A stretch of 64,000 nt of DNA from NCBI GenBank assembly GCA_041497115.1, contig JBGQFW010000013.1, positions 1,646 through 65,645 of the forward strand, read 5' to 3'. Numbering within the stretch: position 1 is the first letter of the stretch; each line of letters starts with the position of its first letter. The notes under the pieces were generated by a model. That model did no database searches, was not told the origin of the DNA, and saw nothing but the letters and a program-made list of their open reading frames with translations. The DNA is from Candidatus Methylomirabilia bacterium (GTDB lineage Bacteria > Methylomirabilota > Methylomirabilia > Rokubacteriales > CSP1-6). Positions 1-8,814 of the stretch are shown piece after piece. The position numbers and the translations under genes are program-made.

Positions 1-75
1 CTCGCCCGGGCCCGGCTGCGGCACCGGCACGTCGGCCACCACCAGCTTGCGGTCACGCATCACCACCGCGCGCAT
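1..75 (-). CDS. Zinc-type alcohol dehydrogenase / MDR-superfamily protein; only the N-terminal 25 codons are present because the gene runs off the left edge
   Basis: Minus-strand translation from ATG at 75 gives [25 protein letters not shown], a typical medium-chain dehydrogenase N-terminus. A GGGAGG Shine-Dalgarno lies 5 nt upstream. It is too short to appear in the ORF track. Confidence 0.5.
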   Translation of the reverse strand, partial: MRAVVMRDRKLVVADVPVPQPGPGE

Positions 76-109
76 CCTCGCCTCCCACTCTCGCCTCGCC
101 GTGCGCGGC

Positions 110-319
110 CTAGGGTATCAAATTCGACACCTTACTCAGCGACGACGTCACAACGAGGATGAGGCGCAGGGTTTGAGGTCACAAATCGTGACCTCAAAGG
201 CGCCGAGGGGTCGGGGTGGGCGCCGCTACCTCCCATATGTCTTCACCGAGCAGGGTGTGGCGATGCTGTCGAGCGTGCTCCGCAGCCGCCGCGCGATCGA
301 AGCCAACATCGCGAGCTGA
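110..319 (+). pseudogene. Remnant of an ORF6N-domain (phage/plasmid antirepressor-like DNA-binding) gene, truncated at both ends
   Basis: The tail of ORF 47..319 reads [48 protein letters not shown]. This matches the conserved core of ORF6N proteins (LRSQ.VTS...[27 protein letters not shown]). The N-terminal half and the C-terminal roughly 60 aa of the family are missing. Local GC is lower than the surroundings. Confidence 0.45.
172..198. other. Perfect 11-bp inverted repeat (TTTGAGGTCAC-AAATC-GTGACCTCAAA)
   Basis: Read directly from the sequence: 172-182 is the exact reverse complement of 188-198, with a 5-nt loop. It lies inside the ORF6N remnant, between the divergent dehydrogenase and fba genes. 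Confidence 0.6.
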
Positions 320-486
320 TGTCGCCGCCGATCTCACACCGCACGGCGATTGGATTCCGGCCAGGACCAGGGACGGCCTCACACTGACATCGGAGGACGG
401 CCTGCCGCACCGATCACGCCTGAGGGTCAAGACGTGATATATGGAGGGGCGGGAAAGCCGACCCCCCCTAGCCCAGGAGGCACGAT

Positions 487-1521
487 ATGCCGATTGCCAC
501 CCCGGAGATCTACGCGGAGATGCTGGACCGCGCCAAGAAGGGCGCCTTCGCCTATCCGGCCATCAACGTCAGCTCGTCGCAGACGCTCAACGCCGCCCTC
601 CGGGGCTTCGCCGACGCCGCCAGCGACGGCATCATCCAGGTGTCCACCGGCGGGGCGTCCTACCTCTCCGGCTCCAAGGTGGACGACATGGTCGTGGGCG
701 CCTCGGCGCTGGCCGAGTACGCGCACGTGGTGGCCGCCCGCTACCCGATCAACATCGCCCTGCACACCGACCACTGCCCCAAGAACCGCCTGGACAAGTA
801 CGTCCGCCCGCTCGTCAAGATCAGCCAGGACCGGGTGGCCAAGGGCCAGGCGCCGCTCTTCCAGTCGCACATGTGGGACGGCTCGGCGGTCTCGCTCAAG
901 GAGAACCTCGAGATCGCCCGCGAGCTGCTGGCCGCCTGCCGCAAGGCCAAGATCGTCCTCGAGGTCGAGATCGGGGTCGTCGGCGGCGAGGAGGACGGCG
1001 TGGTCGGGGCGATCAACGAGAAGCTCTACTCCACTTCGGAGGACGCGCTGCTCACCGCCGAGGCGCTGGGCACCGGCGAGAATGGCCGGTACCTGCTCGC
1101 GGCGACGTTCGGCAACGTGCACGGCGTCTACCAGTCCGGCCACGTCAAGCTGCGCCCGCCGGTGCTCAAGCAGATCCAGGACACGGTGGGCAAGAAGACC
1201 GGCAAGGCCAAGCCGTTCGACCTCGTGTTCCACGGCGGCAGCGGCTCGCTGCTCGAGGAGATCCGCGAGACGCTCGACTACGGCGTGGTGAAGATGAACA
1301 TCGACACCGACACGCAGTACGACTTCACGCGTCCCATCGTGGACCACATGATGAAGAACTACAACGGCGTGCTGAAGGTGGACGGCGAGGTCGGCGAGAA
1401 GAAGGCCTACGACCCGCGCACGTGGGGCAAGATCGGCGAGACCGGCATGGCCGCCCGCGTCGTGCGCGCCTGCGAGGATCTGCGCTCGGCGGGCACCAGC
1501 CTGTCGGCCGCCAAGGCCTGA
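487..1521 (+). CDS. fba: Fructose-1,6-bisphosphate aldolase, class II
   Basis: 344-aa ORF starting MPIATPEIYAEMLDRAKKGAFAYPAINV. Class II hallmarks are present: LHTDHCPK, FHGGSGS and DTDTQY. An AGGAGG Shine-Dalgarno lies 6 nt upstream of the ATG. Confidence 0.95.
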   Translation: MPIATPEIYAEMLDRAKKGAFAYPAINVSSSQTLNAALRGFADAASDGIIQVSTGGASYLSGSKVDDMVVGASALAEYAHVVAARYPINIALHTDHCPKNRLDKYVRPLVKISQDRVAKGQAPLFQSHMWDGSAVSLKENLEIARELLAACRKAKIVLEVEIGVVGGEEDGVVGAINEKLYSTSEDALLTAEALGTGENGRYLLAATFGNVHGVYQSGHVKLRPPVLKQIQDTVGKKTGKAKPFDLVFHGGSGSLLEEIRETLDYGVVKMNIDTDTQYDFTRPIVDHMMKNYNGVLKVDGEVGEKKAYDPRTWGKIGETGMAARVVRACEDLRSAGTSLSAAKA

Positions 1522-1531
1522 AACGCGTCGG

Positions 1532-1551
1532 GGGCGCGGTCACCCGCGCCC
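1532..1551. terminator. GC hairpin between the convergent fba and gnd genes (candidate bidirectional terminator)
   Basis: GGGCGCGG-TCAC-CCGCGCCC forms an 8-bp perfect stem 11 nt after the fba stop. There is no clear U-tract, which is common in high-GC genomes. Confidence 0.45.
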
Positions 1552-1583
1552 ACGACATCCCCCGCTGTTCCCGTCCCGCGGTC

Positions 1584-2609
1584 TTAGTGGCCGCCGAACT
1601 TCCTGCGCATCGCCTGCAGCGTCTTGCAGGCGAAGGCGTCGTCACCGCGCGAGGTGAAGCGCTGGTACAGCGACGCCGTCAGCACGGTGGCCGGGATGCC
1701 CTCGTCGATGGCGGCCAGCACGGTCCAGCGGCCCTCGCCGGAGTCCGGCACTTCCGCCTTGTCATGCGACAGCTCGGGATCCTCGAGCAACGCGGCCGCG
1801 GTGAGGTCGAGCAGCCAGGAGGCGACGACGCTGCCCCGCCGCCACACCTCGGTGATCTCGGCCAGGTTGAAGTCGTACTGGAAGTGCTCGGGGTTGCGCA
1901 GCGGCGTGACCTCGGCGCTCGCGGCCTCCCGCCCCTTCTTGCCGACGTTCGCGTGCTTGATGACGTTGAGCCCCTCGGCGTAGGCGGCCATCATGCCGTA
2001 CTCGATGCCGTTGTGGACCATCTTCACGAAGTGCCCGCCGCCCGATGGGCCGCAGTGCAGATAGCCGTCCTCGGCCGTGGTGGGCTTGGCCTTCTCGCGT
2101 CCCGGGGTCCGCTCCGTGGTGCCGCGGCCGGGTGCCAGCGCCTTGAAGATCGGGTCGAGATGCTTCACCGCCGCGTCCGGGCCGCCGATCATCAGGGAGT
2201 AGCCGCGCGCCAGACCGAAGACGCCACCGCTGGTGCCGACGTCCACGTACTGGATGCCCTTGGCGCCCAGCTCCTTGGCCCGGCGGATGTCGTCGATGTA
2301 ATAGGAGTTGCCGCCGTCGATGAGGATGTCACCTGACTGCAACAGAGGCACCAGGTCGGCGATGACCCGATCCACCACGCCCGCCGGCGTCATCAGCCAG
2401 ACGGCCCGGGGCGGGGTCAGCTTGCTGATCAGGTCCTTGAGCGCGGAGGCACCCCCCGCCTGACCGTTGGCCTCCTTCTGGACCCGCTGCTGTGTCTCCT
2501 TGATGACCTCTTCGCTACGGTCGCTGACCACCAACTGGTGGCCGGCCTTGGCGAGGCGGACCACCATATTCTGTCCCATGCGGCCCAACCCAATCATGCC
2601 CAGTTGCAC
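1584..2609 (-). CDS. gnd: 6-phosphogluconate dehydrogenase (decarboxylating), short Gnd/YqeC-like form
   Basis: 341-aa ORF. It has an N-terminal Rossmann motif MQLGMIGLGRMGQNM, plus IDGGNSYY and HNGIEYGMM motifs of the 6PGD C-terminal domain. Confidence 0.85.
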   Translation of the reverse strand: MQLGMIGLGRMGQNMVVRLAKAGHQLVVSDRSEEVIKETQQRVQKEANGQAGGASALKDLISKLTPPRAVWLMTPAGVVDRVIADLVPLLQSGDILIDGGNSYYIDDIRRAKELGAKGIQYVDVGTSGGVFGLARGYSLMIGGPDAAVKHLDPIFKALAPGRGTTERTPGREKAKPTTAEDGYLHCGPSGGGHFVKMVHNGIEYGMMAAYAEGLNVIKHANVGKKGREAASAEVTPLRNPEHFQYDFNLAEITEVWRRGSVVASWLLDLTAAALLEDPELSHDKAEVPDSGEGRWTVLAAIDEGIPATVLTASLYQRFTSRGDDAFACKTLQAMRRKFGGH

Positions 2610-2723
2610 GGTGAGGCTCCTTTCTACGACGGCAGACGTGTCCCCCGGCTATACACCGCCCACGACCCGCCCCGCAAGCCGGAAATTCGCCCTCGGCCTT
2701 GACACGCGCGGCGACGGGGGGCT

Positions 2724-4517
2724 ATGTCTTCGCCGTGCGCCGGCCCCCCTCCAGTCGCCGGCGCCCCTGAGGGAGAGAGCTTGGCGGGCTGGCGCGTCAC
2801 CATCGGCGTCAAGATCTTCGCGATCGCGGCCGGCCTGCTCGCCCTCATGGCGGTGGTCGCGCTGCTCTCGCTGAATCTCGCCCGGGACGTCGGCAAGCAG
2901 CTCGACTACGTCATCAACGACTACATCCCGGGCTACGGCGCCCTCGCCCGCGCCAGCGTCCGCTCGGTCGAGCAGGGGCTCTACCTGCGCCGCCTCGTCA
3001 TCGGCTATCTGCAGACGCCGCCGGACACGGCGTCCATCGACGTGGACCGGCGCGTCTTCGCCGAGAAAGGGCGCGCGACCGATCTCGAGCTGGCGGCGGC
3101 GCGCAAGGAGATCGGGGAGCGGCTCGCCGACCCCGGCCGGTTCACGGACGTCGTGGCGCTCGCGCGGCTCGACACCCGCATCGAGCTGATGGGGGTGGAG
3201 CGACAGCGTTACGAGCAGGAGGCGGCGGCGACGCTGGCGGCGCTGGAGGCAAGGGATCTCGTGACGTTCCAGCGCACGCTGGCCACGGTCGACAGGATGC
3301 GGGACGAGCTCGACGCCCGGATCGACGCCGCCCGCACCGAGATGCTGCGCCTCGCCGAGGGGGCGGCGACGAACACGCGTCTTCGCCAGAACCAGGTCAT
3401 CCGGGTGAGCGTCGTGGTCATGACGATCGCGGGGATCCTGGGGCTGCTGGCCACCGGCTTCATCAGCTTCAGCCTCGCGCGGCCGGTGCGCCGCCTGCTC
3501 GCGGGCACCAAGGCGGTGGAGGCGGGGGCGCTGGACACCGTCGTCCCCGTCACCTCGGGGGACGAGATCGGCGTGCTCACGACCGCGTTCAACGAGATGG
3601 TCGCCCAGCTGCGGGTGAAGGAGCGCATCCGCGAGACGTTCGGCAAGTACATGGATCCGCGCATCGTGGAGGGGTTGATCGACCGGCCCGCGCTCACCGG
3701 CGCCGCCGGCGAGCGCCGGGTGATGACCGTGTTCTTCTGCGACATGAAGGGGTTCACCTCGATCAGCGAGGGGCTGACGCCGACCGGCCTCGTCAACGTC
3801 ATCAACCACTACCTCACGACGATGTCGGCGCCGATCCGCCAGCACAACGGCATCATCGACAAGTACGTGGGCGACGCCATCATGGCGTTCTGGGGGCCGC
3901 CCTTCAGCACCGCCGAGGAGCAGGCGCGCCTGGCCTGCCTGGCCGGCCTCGACCAGCTCGCGCGGCTGACGCCCTTCCGGGCGGAGCTGCCGGAGCTGAT
4001 GGGCATCCGGCGCGGCGTGCCGGAGATCAACATGCGCATCGGCATCGCCACCGGCGAGACGGTCGTCGGCAACATCGGCTCCGACGTCATCAAGAGCTAC
4101 ACGGTCATGGGCGACACCGTGAACCTCGCCTCCCGTCTGGAGGGCGCGAGCAAGGCGTACGACACCCGCCTCCTCGTCGACGAGACGACCGTGACGCAGG
4201 CGGGGGACGCCATCGAGGCGCGCGAGATCGACTCGATCCTGGTGGTCGGCAAGACCGAGCCGAACCGGATCTTCGAGGTGCTCGGACGCACAGGGGAGCT
4301 CGACGCCCCCCGCAGCGCGCTCCGCGACCACTTCGCGGCCGGCCTCGCCGCCTACCGGGGCCAGGCTTGGCCGGAGGCGACGGCGCAGTTCGAGGCGTGC
4401 CTGACCGCGGTGCCCGGCGACGGGCCCGCCCGCGTCTTCCTCGAGCGCGTCGCCCATCTGAGCCGGCACGCGCCGGGGCCGGACTGGAACGGCGTGTGGA
4501 CGCTGACCGAGAAGTGA
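2724..4517 (+). CDS. Membrane-bound class III adenylate/guanylate cyclase with a HAMP domain (copy 1)
   Basis: A TM helix (IFAIAAGLLALMAVVALLSL) is followed by a periplasmic/helical region and a second TM. The HAMP domain reads RPVRRLLAGTKAVEAGALDTVVPVTSGDEIGVLTTAFNEMV. The cyclase core has VFFCDMKGFTSISE, GDAIMAFWG and GDTVNLASRLE. An alternative start is TTG 2781, which has a GAGGGAGAG Shine-Dalgarno. Confidence 0.85.
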   Translation: MSSPCAGPPPVAGAPEGESLAGWRVTIGVKIFAIAAGLLALMAVVALLSLNLARDVGKQLDYVINDYIPGYGALARASVRSVEQGLYLRRLVIGYLQTPPDTASIDVDRRVFAEKGRATDLELAAARKEIGERLADPGRFTDVVALARLDTRIELMGVERQRYEQEAAATLAALEARDLVTFQRTLATVDRMRDELDARIDAARTEMLRLAEGAATNTRLRQNQVIRVSVVVMTIAGILGLLATGFISFSLARPVRRLLAGTKAVEAGALDTVVPVTSGDEIGVLTTAFNEMVAQLRVKERIRETFGKYMDPRIVEGLIDRPALTGAAGERRVMTVFFCDMKGFTSISEGLTPTGLVNVINHYLTTMSAPIRQHNGIIDKYVGDAIMAFWGPPFSTAEEQARLACLAGLDQLARLTPFRAELPELMGIRRGVPEINMRIGIATGETVVGNIGSDVIKSYTVMGDTVNLASRLEGASKAYDTRLLVDETTVTQAGDAIEAREIDSILVVGKTEPNRIFEVLGRTGELDAPRSALRDHFAAGLAAYRGQAWPEATAQFEACLTAVPGDGPARVFLERVAHLSRHAPGPDWNGVWTLTEK

Positions 4518-6115
4518 CGCCGCCGCCCGAAGCGCCGATCACCCCCGCCCGCAAGTGGGCCATCACCCTCACCGTCATGGTGGTGGCCTTCATGCAGATC
4601 CTCGACACCAGCGTCACCAACGTCGTGCTGCCCCACCTGCAGGGGTCGCTCTCGGCGGGGCTGGACGAGGTCTCGTGGGTGATCACCTCCTACCTCGCCG
4701 CCAACGCCGTCGTCATCCCCGCCACCGGCTGGCTGGTGGGGATATTCGGGCGCAAGCGGTTCTTCCTGATCTGCTCCACGCTGTTCGTGGTCAGCTCGTT
4801 CCTCTCGGGCGCCGCCCCCGACCTGCCCACGCTGATCGTGGCGCGCATCTTCCAGGGGCTGGGCGGCGGGCCGATCATCCCGCTCTCGCAGGCGATCCTG
4901 TGGGAGATCTTCCCGTTCCACCAGCGTGGCCTGGCGATGGCGGTGTGGGGCGTGGGGTTCATCCTGGGCCCGATCCTGGGGCCGACCCTTGGCGGCTACC
5001 TGGCCGACGAGTGGTCGTGGCGCTGGATCTTCTACATCAACCTGCCGGTGGGGATCGTCGGCTTCCTCATGGCCAGCGCCTTCCTGTTCGATCCGCCCTA
5101 CCTGCGCCGAGCCACGCGTGTCGACTGGTGGGGGCTGGGGCTGATGGTCGCGGGCTTCGGCTGCCTGCAGCTGGTGCTCGACCGGGGCGAGCGCGAGGAC
5201 TGGTTCGAGTCCTCGGCGATCGTCGTGCTGGCCGTCGTCGCCGTCGGCGCGCTCGTCGCCTTCATGGTCCGCGAGCTGACCGCGAGCGAGCCCATCCTGG
5301 ACCTCCGGGTGTTCGCCGACCGCAACTTCGCCACCGGCGCCACGCTGATCGCCATCGTCGGCTTCGGGATGTTCTCGGGCATGCTGCTGGTCGCTGTCTT
5401 CACGCAGAAGCTGCTGGGCTACGACGCGTGGACCTCGGGGCTGGTGCTGGCGCCCGGCGGCATCGGCAACATCTGCTCGCTCTTCGCCTCCGGGCTGGTG
5501 ACGCGCATCGACCAGCGCTGGATGCTGGCGTTCGGCTGCCTGCTCAACGCGGTCAGCCTGTACATGATGACCTCGCTGACGCTCGGGATGGACTACTGGG
5601 CGCTGGCCCTGCCGCGCTTCATCCAGGGGTTCGCGGTCGGCTTCATCTTCGTGCCGCTGTCCACGCTGGCGCTGGCCACGATCCGCCGCGACAAGCTCAT
5701 CAACGCCACCGCGGCGTACGGCATGCTGCGCAACCTCGGCGGCAGCGTGGGGATCGCCGTCGTCACGACGCTGCTCGCCCAGCGCAGCCAGTTCCACCAG
5801 GCCACGCTAGTGAGCCACATCACCGTCTGGGACCCCGAGACGCGCGCCCAGCTCGCCAAGTGGGCCGGCCACTTCATGACCCAGGGCACCGACGGCTTCA
5901 CCGCCGAGCGGCAGGCGATGCTGATGCTCTATCGCGACACGGTGGCGCAGGCGCAGCTGCTCGCCTACGCCGACGACTTCTGGCTGCTGGCGCTGATGTT
6001 CGCGGCGGTGCCGTTCTTCCTGCCGCTGATGCGGCGGATCCGGCTCGGCCCGGTCTCGTCGGCCTCGGCGCCGGCCACCGACCGCCCGGCCGCACCGGTC
6101 GAGGAAGGCGTGTAA
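4514..6115 (+). CDS. MFS transporter, DHA2 (EmrB/QacA-like, 14-TM) drug/H+ antiporter family
   Basis: The in-frame GTG at 4514 overlaps the cyclase stop as GTGA. The protein starts VTPPPEAPITPARKWAITLTVMVVAFMQILDTSVTNVVLPHLQGSL, a typical DHA2 N-terminus, and is hydrophobic throughout. The 4367 start given in the ORF track would overlap the cyclase by 150 nt. Confidence 0.85.
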   Translation: MTPPPEAPITPARKWAITLTVMVVAFMQILDTSVTNVVLPHLQGSLSAGLDEVSWVITSYLAANAVVIPATGWLVGIFGRKRFFLICSTLFVVSSFLSGAAPDLPTLIVARIFQGLGGGPIIPLSQAILWEIFPFHQRGLAMAVWGVGFILGPILGPTLGGYLADEWSWRWIFYINLPVGIVGFLMASAFLFDPPYLRRATRVDWWGLGLMVAGFGCLQLVLDRGEREDWFESSAIVVLAVVAVGALVAFMVRELTASEPILDLRVFADRNFATGATLIAIVGFGMFSGMLLVAVFTQKLLGYDAWTSGLVLAPGGIGNICSLFASGLVTRIDQRWMLAFGCLLNAVSLYMMTSLTLGMDYWALALPRFIQGFAVGFIFVPLSTLALATIRRDKLINATAAYGMLRNLGGSVGIAVVTTLLAQRSQFHQATLVSHITVWDPETRAQLAKWAGHFMTQGTDGFTAERQAMLMLYRDTVAQAQLLAYADDFWLLALMFAAVPFFLPLMRRIRLGPVSSASAPATDRPAAPVEEGV

Positions 6116-6124
6116 GGGGACCCC

Positions 6125-6916
6125 ATGGATCTCGAGCTCACGGGCAAGGTCGCGATCGTCGGCGGCGCCAGCAAGGGGCTGGGGCGGGCGTGCGCGCAGG
6201 TGCTCGCCGCCGAGGGCGCCCGGGTGGCGCTGTGCAGCCGCTCGCAGAAGGATCTCGACCGGGCGGCGCAGGAGATTCGCGACACCACGGGCGCCGACGT
6301 CCTGGTGTTCGCGGGCGACCTGGATCGCGCGGAGACGATCCGTGACCTCGTCGCCGCCACCGTCGAGCGGTTCGGGCGCCTCGACATCCTCGTCAGCAAC
6401 TCCGGCGGTCCGCCGCTGGCCCGCGCGCAGAGCGCCACCGAGGAGCAGTGGGCCACCGCGGTGCAGCGCTCGCTGCTGTTCTTCGCGCGCATGGCGCGCG
6501 AGAGCGTGCCGCACCTGCGGCGCGGCGGCGGCGGCCGCATCATCAACATCCTGGCGTCCACCGTCTACCAGCCGATCCCCAACCTGGCGCTGTCCGGCGC
6601 CACGCGCATGGGCGTGGTGGCGTTCGCCAAGAGCCTGGCCGACGAGGTCGGGCGCGACGGCATCCTGGTCAACAACGTGTGCCCCGGCTCCATCCTGACC
6701 GAGCGCATGCTGTCCAACGTCACCGCGCGCGCCAAGGAGACCGGCGTGTCGGTGGAGGAGGCGCTGCGGCAGCGCGCGGCCGAGACGGCGGTGGGGCGCG
6801 TCGGCGAGCCCAGCGAGATGGCGTATCTGGTGGCGTTCCTCGCCTCCAGCCGCGCCAGCTACATCACCGGCACCACGATGCTGGTGGACGGCGGCCTCGT
6901 GCGCTCGGTCCTGTAG
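6125..6916 (+). CDS. SDR-family oxidoreductase (FabG-like)
   Basis: 263 aa with the glycine motif TGKVAIVGGASKGLG. The length and the NNVCPG / ITGTTMLVDGG C-terminus are typical of classical SDRs. Confidence 0.85.
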   Translation: MDLELTGKVAIVGGASKGLGRACAQVLAAEGARVALCSRSQKDLDRAAQEIRDTTGADVLVFAGDLDRAETIRDLVAATVERFGRLDILVSNSGGPPLARAQSATEEQWATAVQRSLLFFARMARESVPHLRRGGGGRIINILASTVYQPIPNLALSGATRMGVVAFAKSLADEVGRDGILVNNVCPGSILTERMLSNVTARAKETGVSVEEALRQRAAETAVGRVGEPSEMAYLVAFLASSRASYITGTTMLVDGGLVRSVL

Positions 6917-6928
6917 GGCGCGCCGGCC

Positions 6929-8062
6929 TCAGGCGCGGAACGCGGCGTGGGCCACGGTCCAGCGCGCGAGGAGGTCGGGGTCGGGCTCCTGGGCGATGCC
7001 GGGCACGCGCGAGGTCGCGATCTCGCCGCGGCCGCTCAGGACGAGCTCCGGCCGGCCGAGGTCCTCCCGGTAGAAATAGGACGACGGGAAGATGTCGCCG
7101 GCATAGGTGAAGTTCGGCAGCGTCGCCAGCTCGGCGCAGATCGCGCCGCCAACAGCGGTCTCGAGCATGCCGCCCACCCAGCACGGGATGGCGTGCTGCG
7201 CGCACAGGGCCTGGATGTCGCGCGACGCCGTCAGCCCGCCCACCCGCGCCACCTTGATGTTGATCACGCGGCACGCCCCCAGCCGGATCGCCGCCTGCAC
7301 GTGGGCCAGGCTCAGCGCGCTCTCGTCCAGGCAGACGGGCGTCTCGATCCGCCGCTGCAGGTCGGCGTGGTTGACGAGGCTCATGCCGTCGTCGGCGAGC
7401 GGCTGCTCGATCATGGCCAGCCGGTAGCGGTCGAGTGTCCGGAACAGCCCGGCGTCGGCGATCGTGTAGGCGGCGTTGCAGTCGATGTGGAAGGTGACGT
7501 CGGGGAACGTCGACCGCACGGCGGCGACCATGTCGAGGTCCCAGCCGGGGCGGAACTTGAGCTTGATGCGCGGGAAGCCCGCGTCGATCGCCGCCTGGAT
7601 CTTCTCCATCAGGACGTCGAGCGAGTCCTGGACGCCGAAGTCCGCGCCGACCGCGACGCGATCGCCCGTGCCGCCGAGCGCCACGTGCAGCGGCACGCCC
7701 CGGCGTTTCGCCTCCAGCACCCACCAGGTGATCTCGAGCGCCGCCCGCGCGAACTGGTTGCCCTTGACGAACGCGAGGCGGTCGAGCAGGTCCTGCGCGG
7801 AGCCGATGTCCTGGCCGACGATGCGGGCGGCCATGTGCTCGCGCACGGTGTGGAAGGTCGCCGGCGTGTGCTCGGCGGAATAGTTGGGGACGTAGGGCGG
7901 GCAGCTCTCGCCCCATGCGTGATGTCCCCCGCCCTGCATCCGCACCAGGATCGTCTCGGTGTGGAGCTGGTCGCCGTACGACGTCTTCCACACGAACGCC
8001 AGCGGCACCTTCACCCAGTAGACGTCGATGGCTTCGATCACCATGGAGGTTGATGCTATCAT
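6929..8062 (-). CDS. Enolase-superfamily enzyme, o-succinylbenzoate synthase / N-acylamino-acid racemase type
   Basis: This is the C-terminal 377 aa of ORF 6929..8566, starting at ATG 8062 (MIASTSMVIEAIDVYWVKVPL); ATG 8044 is also possible. Motifs present are KLKFRPGWD, MIEQPL, CLDES and INIKVARVGG. The upstream part of the ORF is Arg/Pro-rich off-frame junk. Confidence 0.8.
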   Translation of the reverse strand: MIASTSMVIEAIDVYWVKVPLAFVWKTSYGDQLHTETILVRMQGGGHHAWGESCPPYVPNYSAEHTPATFHTVREHMAARIVGQDIGSAQDLLDRLAFVKGNQFARAALEITWWVLEAKRRGVPLHVALGGTGDRVAVGADFGVQDSLDVLMEKIQAAIDAGFPRIKLKFRPGWDLDMVAAVRSTFPDVTFHIDCNAAYTIADAGLFRTLDRYRLAMIEQPLADDGMSLVNHADLQRRIETPVCLDESALSLAHVQAAIRLGACRVINIKVARVGGLTASRDIQALCAQHAIPCWVGGMLETAVGGAICAELATLPNFTYAGDIFPSSYFYREDLGRPELVLSGRGEIATSRVPGIAQEPDPDLLARWTVAHAAFRA

Positions 8063-8071
8063 CCCGCGGCG

Positions 8072-8557
8072 ATGGCCGACGCGAAGCCGATGTCCTCGGC
8101 GCCGTTCCGCCGGCAGGCGGACGGCCGTCCCGACTGGGGCGGCATGTGGACCACGTTCTGCGACCTCGCGCTGCACGGCGGGCCGCCGCAGCGGGGGGCG
8201 GCGAGCGCGCTGCGCGCGCCGACCGGTGCCAACGCGGACTCCGAACGCGCGATGCTCGCCGAGATGCGGCGCGGCATCTGGGAGACGACCGGGCTCTACG
8301 CGGAATCCGCCGAGCCGGGGTGGCTCACGGTGACCTGCGACTCGCCCGCGATGGCGGAGTGGATGGGCGCCGCCATCGTGCTGGAGAACGTCGAGGCGCG
8401 CGTCGAGGAGGACCGGCTCCGGCTGCCGGCGGGCCCCGGCTACCGGCTCGAGGACGAGGTGAAGAGCATCATCACGGTGGTCGCCAAGACCCACCACTAC
8501 TGGCAGGCGCACCGGACCGGCGGCGGGCACGCCGCCGACGCCGTCGGGCGCGGGTGA
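8072..8557 (+). CDS. Hypothetical protein
   Basis: 161-aa ORF. The second half has a coding-like composition (AMLAEMRRGIWETTGLYAESAEPGWLTVTCDSPAMAEWMGAAIVLENVEARVEEDRL). I recognise no family. The true start may be an internal Met, because 8072 lies only 10 nt from the divergent enolase gene. Confidence 0.4.
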   Translation: MADAKPMSSAPFRRQADGRPDWGGMWTTFCDLALHGGPPQRGAASALRAPTGANADSERAMLAEMRRGIWETTGLYAESAEPGWLTVTCDSPAMAEWMGAAIVLENVEARVEEDRLRLPAGPGYRLEDEVKSIITVVAKTHHYWQAHRTGGGHAADAVGRG

Positions 8558-8564
8558 CGCCGGC

Positions 8565-8804
8565 ATGCGCTATCCGTTCCGCTGCACGGCGTGCGGGCTC
8601 GACTTCGAGGTGTCGCGGCCCGCGCGCGACGCGGCGGCGGCGGCGTTCTGCCCGGCCGACGGCGCGCCGGCCGAGCGCGTGTTCACCGCGCCCGAGATGA
8701 GCTTCAACCGCCCGCCGTCGGCCGCGCCGGCGGCGCCGCCCTCCCGCGGGTACTCGCACTCCGGCCACTCACACGGCCCCGGCACCGCCCATCACGCCCA
8801 CTGA
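8565..8804 (+). CDS. FmdB-family putative regulatory zinc-ribbon protein
   Basis: 79 aa starting MRYPFRCTACGLDFEV, followed by FCPADGAPAERVF. This is the FmdB pattern (Y.Y.C..CG..FE......CP.CG) with the last Cys missing. The tail is rich in Ser, Gly and His. Confidence 0.65.
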   Translation: MRYPFRCTACGLDFEVSRPARDAAAAAFCPADGAPAERVFTAPEMSFNRPPSAAPAAPPSRGYSHSGHSHGPGTAHHAH

Positions 8805-8814
8805 GTTCGGCAGG

